From the IMG/VR virus record IMGVR_UViG_3300037501_000029: a DNA stretch of 64,000 nt. One strand, written 5' to 3'. Made by a program: the position numbers and the translations under genes. Under the pieces are notes generated by a model. It made no database searches and was not told the DNA's origin. It was given only the letters and a program-made list of their open reading frames with translations. This document shows positions 61,242 to 64,000 of this stretch, in pieces. Source of the DNA: a virus. The stretch's first letter is position 1; each line of letters starts with the position of its first letter.

Positions 61242-61628
61242 CTACCATGCCCGCGGACCTCCGGGGTGCGGTGGAGGTCCAGCCGAGCGCCGCCCGACGT
61301 TCAGTAGGCGATTGCCGTTGACCACGGGGATGCCGGCCAGTTCGCTGCTCTGGGCGATTCCGAGGGTCCGGGCATCGACGCCGGGCGCTGTGTTGTGGAA
61401 ATGATGTATCCAGATCGCCGTACCACGTTGACGGAAGGAGGCTTCCCCTCTATCGACCATGCGGGATGCAGTGTGCAGGTTTACGAAATTTGAGTGGCCT
61501 GTGGCGGGGTTCAGAATGCGGATTGCCGCTTTTCTCTGACTTTTGCGCTTTGCTCTCGAAGGGCTTTCGGGATGGCTCACGCCTGAGGCCTCGGTGGGAG
61601 CAGCCGGTATGCCGGCGCGTATCGGCAC
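61242..61628 (-). CDS. hypothetical basic protein in the small-terminase position, 128 aa
   Basis: Track ORF directly upstream of terL. Basic N-terminus (RAKRKSQRKAAIRILNPATG...). The C-terminal tail composition is poor. Function not established. Confidence 0.35.
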   Translation of the reverse strand: MPIRAGIPAAPTEASGVSHPESPSRAKRKSQRKAAIRILNPATGHSNFVNLHTASRMVDRGEASFRQRGTAIWIHHFHNTAPGVDARTLGIAQSSELAGIPVVNGNRLLNVGRRSAGPPPHPGGPRAW

Positions 61629-61682
61629 AGCCGATCACCTACACAATACGGTGATTGGGCCTATGTGTCAAGGAGGTAGACA

Positions 61683-61719
61683 GAAAAACGCCGACTGTCT
61701 ACTTTGTGGACAGTCGGCG
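61683..61719 (-). terminator. intrinsic terminator downstream of the integrase gene
   Basis: Perfect 11-bp stem CGCCGACTGTC (61689-61699) / GACAGTCGGCG (61709-61719) with a 9-nt loop. On the minus strand it is followed by TTTTTCTG. Confidence 0.75.
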
Positions 61720-61738
61720 AGTGTAGTATGAGCCTTGC

Positions 61739-62668
61739 TTATTCTGTCGGTAACACGTGGTCGCAGGCGGCGTCCGCCATGCCCTCCACCGAGCCCACGT
61801 ACAGCATCGTGGTCTCGATGTTGGCATGGCCGAGCTGCGTCTGGATCTTCTCCAGCGGGACATCCCTATGCCGCGCGATCTTCGCGCAAGTGCGCCTCAG
61901 ATCGTGGGGGCTGATCTCGTAGCCGAGCGCCGCGGCCCGCCGATGGACGATCTCCCAGACCCCGGCCGGGCTGAGCCAGTCCACGCCGGTTGTGCCCCAG
62001 CGGGTCACGTTGCGCAGAACGTAACCCTCCGTAATACCGCTGGCCTCGATCCATTCTCGGACCCAAGCCGCGGCCCACGTCGGCAATGGGATGGTCTGGG
62101 TCCGCCCCCACTTGCGCTGATGGTCCACGATGACAGGGCGCCCGTCGCGCTCCTGTAGCTGCGTGATGCGGACGTGGCACGCTTCGTTGCGCCGCAGCCA
62201 GCCGCCAATCAGCAGGGCGAATAGCGCCCGGTCGCGCTTGTCCGCGAGGGTATCGCCTGCCTTGAGCGAGTCGAGGAGGGTGTTAAGTTGTTCCGCCGTC
62301 AGCCAGTTGCCGTTTCGCCCGCCAGTTGTCGGCAGGTTCTCAATCCGCAGGATTCCGGCGGCGGTCGCCTCATCCAAGTAGCCGTTGTTGGCCGCTTCCT
62401 TGACCAACTTGCGAACGCTGGAGAGGCGCTGATTGATGGTTTTATTACAGACTTTAGTGGTCTGCTGCCATGCCCGCCAAGCCATAACGGTCTGGCGATT
62501 CAGGGGCTCGGATTGTGCCCGGAACCATTCCAGGAACGATTGAAGGTTAGAGCGGTAGATCTCCTTGGTCCGCGCGGCCGGGACCGCATCCACCGCGAGG
62601 GCGGCGATGCGGTCCAACGGGGTCACGCGGACCAATGGGGCGGGTGCTTCCTTGCGCCAATTCTGCAT
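61739..62668 (-). CDS. int: tyrosine recombinase / phage integrase
   Basis: 309 aa. N-terminal SAM-like core-binding region. Catalytic residues in context: GWLRRNE (Arg), SPHDLRRT (His-x-x-Arg), LGHANIETTMLYV (His...Tyr). Confidence 0.9.
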   Translation of the reverse strand: MQNWRKEAPAPLVRVTPLDRIAALAVDAVPAARTKEIYRSNLQSFLEWFRAQSEPLNRQTVMAWRAWQQTTKVCNKTINQRLSSVRKLVKEAANNGYLDEATAAGILRIENLPTTGGRNGNWLTAEQLNTLLDSLKAGDTLADKRDRALFALLIGGWLRRNEACHVRITQLQERDGRPVIVDHQRKWGRTQTIPLPTWAAAWVREWIEASGITEGYVLRNVTRWGTTGVDWLSPAGVWEIVHRRAAALGYEISPHDLRRTCAKIARHRDVPLEKIQTQLGHANIETTMLYVGSVEGMADAACDHVLPTE

Positions 62669-62962
62669 CTACTTTGATCCTTCAACCGCTTGTCGAACGG
62701 CCTCTTTCATAGTGCAAACACCGCCCGCTAGAGACCAGCCATCATCATGTTGTTTTAGTGCAGCCGCGATAGATGGACGGGCGAATAGCGCCATCGCATC
62801 CCATCGGCCTAAAGGGATATCGTTGTAGTGCGGGTCCACGCTACCCTTGGCTCGTTGCACGATGGGGTCGTCCGAATCGAACTTGATTCCGGCTGCCTTG
62901 ACTACGGAGCCGTAGTACTGTTGATGTGTTACGGTCCCGCTCATGTAATCCTTGCGTGTCAT
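62669..62962 (-). CDS. hypothetical protein, 97 aa
   Basis: Track ORF abutting the integrase start. Confidence 0.5.
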   Translation of the reverse strand: MTRKDYMSGTVTHQQYYGSVVKAAGIKFDSDDPIVQRAKGSVDPHYNDIPLGRWDAMALFARPSIAAALKQHDDGWSLAGGVCTMKEAVRQAVEGSK

Positions 62963-63058
62963 TGTTTTTCCTCTCCTTTTATTTGAACTGCCGCACCAGC
63001 CACGCGACGGCGTAGCAGAAGAGCTGCACGCCCGCGATCAGGGCGAAGGCGCGTTTGA

Positions 63059-63265
63059 TCACCTCCGCGCCTCCCGGTCCTCGTCGCGTTTGCGCTTGCG
63101 GCCGGCTTGCATGGCCGCCACCTTCGCCGCGCGTTGCTCCTGGCTCAGTTGAGCCCAGGTCTTCAGTCCACCGCGGCGCTTCGGCTCGCGGTCCTGCGCC
63201 TGAGCCAGGCGGCTCATGTACTCCCGCACTTCTGGCGGGGCCTGGCTCACCGTCTGGTCAGGCAT
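63059..63265 (-). CDS. hypothetical basic protein, 68 aa
   Basis: Track ORF 63059-63313 trimmed to MPDQTVSQAPPEVREYMSRLAQ.... Confidence 0.4.
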   Translation of the reverse strand: MPDQTVSQAPPEVREYMSRLAQAQDREPKRRGGLKTWAQLSQEQRAAKVAAMQAGRKRKRDEDREARR

Positions 63266-63408
63266 AGGGCCATCCCATGCGGTGGATCTGCTTCTGGCAA
63301 TTTTGCCGCGCACTCATTGAGTTAATTGTCATCCGTGTCATCTCACGCGCCCTCCTCGGCGCATTCCTTGCGGGTTTCGCCGTCCTGGTACCAGGGCGGC
63401 GGGGGCGA

Positions 63409-63678
63409 TCACAACCCCGCCACCCTCAGCATGGCGTGGTAGTCGCTGAGCGACATCACCACGAGGCAGACGCCATGCTCTTCTGCCTCACGGACTTCGG
63501 TCTCCGCCTCCTCACGGGAGTCGTACTCGCCGACGGGTCGCCCTCCATCGAGGATGAGGTAGGGCTTGCCCGTCAATTTTGTCTCCGGGCAAAGTTCGTA
63601 TAGTTGCGTGTTGGGCAGCGGCCCGCCGCCCCAATCCGCTTCTTCCCACTCGGGATCGCCGTGGAGGTTCCATGCCAT
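63409..63678 (-). CDS. hypothetical acidic protein, 89 aa
   Basis: Track ORF. The start overlaps (TAATG) the stop of the upstream partial ORF. Confidence 0.5.
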   Translation of the reverse strand: MAWNLHGDPEWEEADWGGGPLPNTQLYELCPETKLTGKPYLILDGGRPVGEYDSREEAETEVREAEEHGVCLVVMSLSDYHAMLRVAGL

Positions 63679-64000
63679 TAGACACCTCCTACCGCGTAAC
63701 AGCGATAGCGCCGGAGATGCGCTCCGGCCGCCTCCATCTCCGCGAGGCCGTACTCGGCCCCACGAGGGGCCTGACCGGCAAACTCCACCGCGACCACCTC
63801 GGCCGCGAGCGCGGCCAAGTGCAGCGGCAGGTTGCCAGCGACTATCGCGCCGTCCACATCCTCTGCGGTAGCTGCCGCGAGGACTGGTGCATCATGGAAC
63901 TCCGGAGCATGGACCCGGATGAATTCGACTGCCGCCGGATGGCGGCTGACGATGAGACGCTTTGCGTCCCCTCTCTCCCTGCATGTGCAGGGATCGGGAC
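63678..64000 (-). CDS. Csx16-like (Cas_VVA1548 family) protein, C-terminal part; 5' end outside the window
   Basis: Hand-translated open frame running off the window edge: ...KRLIVSRHPAAVEFIRVHAPEFHDAPVLAAATAEDVDGAIVAGNLPLHLAALAAEVVAVEFAGQAPRGAEYGLAEMEAAGAHLRRYRCYAV. Matches my memory of the Csx16 pattern (V(S/T)RHPGA.eW......GnLP.hLAA......e......RG.E....em...GA.l..Y.v). Confidence 0.45.
   Translation of the reverse strand, partial: PDPCTCRERGDAKRLIVSRHPAAVEFIRVHAPEFHDAPVLAAATAEDVDGAIVAGNLPLHLAALAAEVVAVEFAGQAPRGAEYGLAEMEAAGAHLRRYRCYAVGGV

Overview
The whole 64-kb window reads as one GC-rich tailed-phage genome segment, either a prophage interior or a phage contig. I saw no cellular housekeeping genes, rRNA, convincing tRNA, or CRISPR array. 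It holds about 100 tightly packed genes, nearly all on the minus strand and very often translationally coupled through ATGA/GTGA/TAATG overlaps. In transcription order (high to low coordinates): (1) a partial Csx16-like ORF and small ORFs (64000-62669). (2) A tyrosine integrase with its own intrinsic terminator (62668-61683). (3) A packaging/head module: TerL at 61127-59163, a beta-helix/fibre-like protein with a signal-like N-terminus, the portal, a scaffold-like protein, and a putative major capsid protein followed by a strong terminator at 51142-51106. (4) A virion/tail module: a 926-aa protein carrying about 19 tandem 18-aa repeats, fibre-like proteins, and three large internal/ejection-type proteins of 577, 395 and 1609 aa. 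(5) A cluster of small membrane proteins that looks lysis-like. (6) Four consecutive proteins with Sec-type signal peptides, including a beta-helix protein and a cohesin+dockerin protein. (7) An early operon led by a ribbon-helix-helix (RHH) gene, from 25121 downward. It encodes Erf/YqaJ recombination proteins, DUF5131, a plus-strand LAGLIDADG homing endonuclease, an NlpC/P60 peptidase, an SNF2-helicase::N6/N4-methyltransferase fusion, RusA, a C5-methyltransferase, DUF1376, DnaB, and finally a Ro60/TROVE (Rsr-like) gene coupled to an excisionase-type HTH gene. (8) About 0.8 kb of ORF-poor sequence (1700-2517) with an extreme G-rich tract and densely nested helices. (9) A lone plus-strand HTH gene at 1183-1692. 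The most interesting items are the Ro60 gene with a candidate Y-RNA-like element, the large structured/G-rich non-coding region, the Gly/Tyr/Asp-rich mini-protein, the helicase-methylase fusion, the signal-peptide protein cluster with cohesin-dockerin, and the 18-aa repeat array. All calls come from reading the translations and DNA by eye. Start codons trimmed from the ORF track are hand-chosen from RBS and overlap logic. Family names are recalled from motif knowledge, not from searches.
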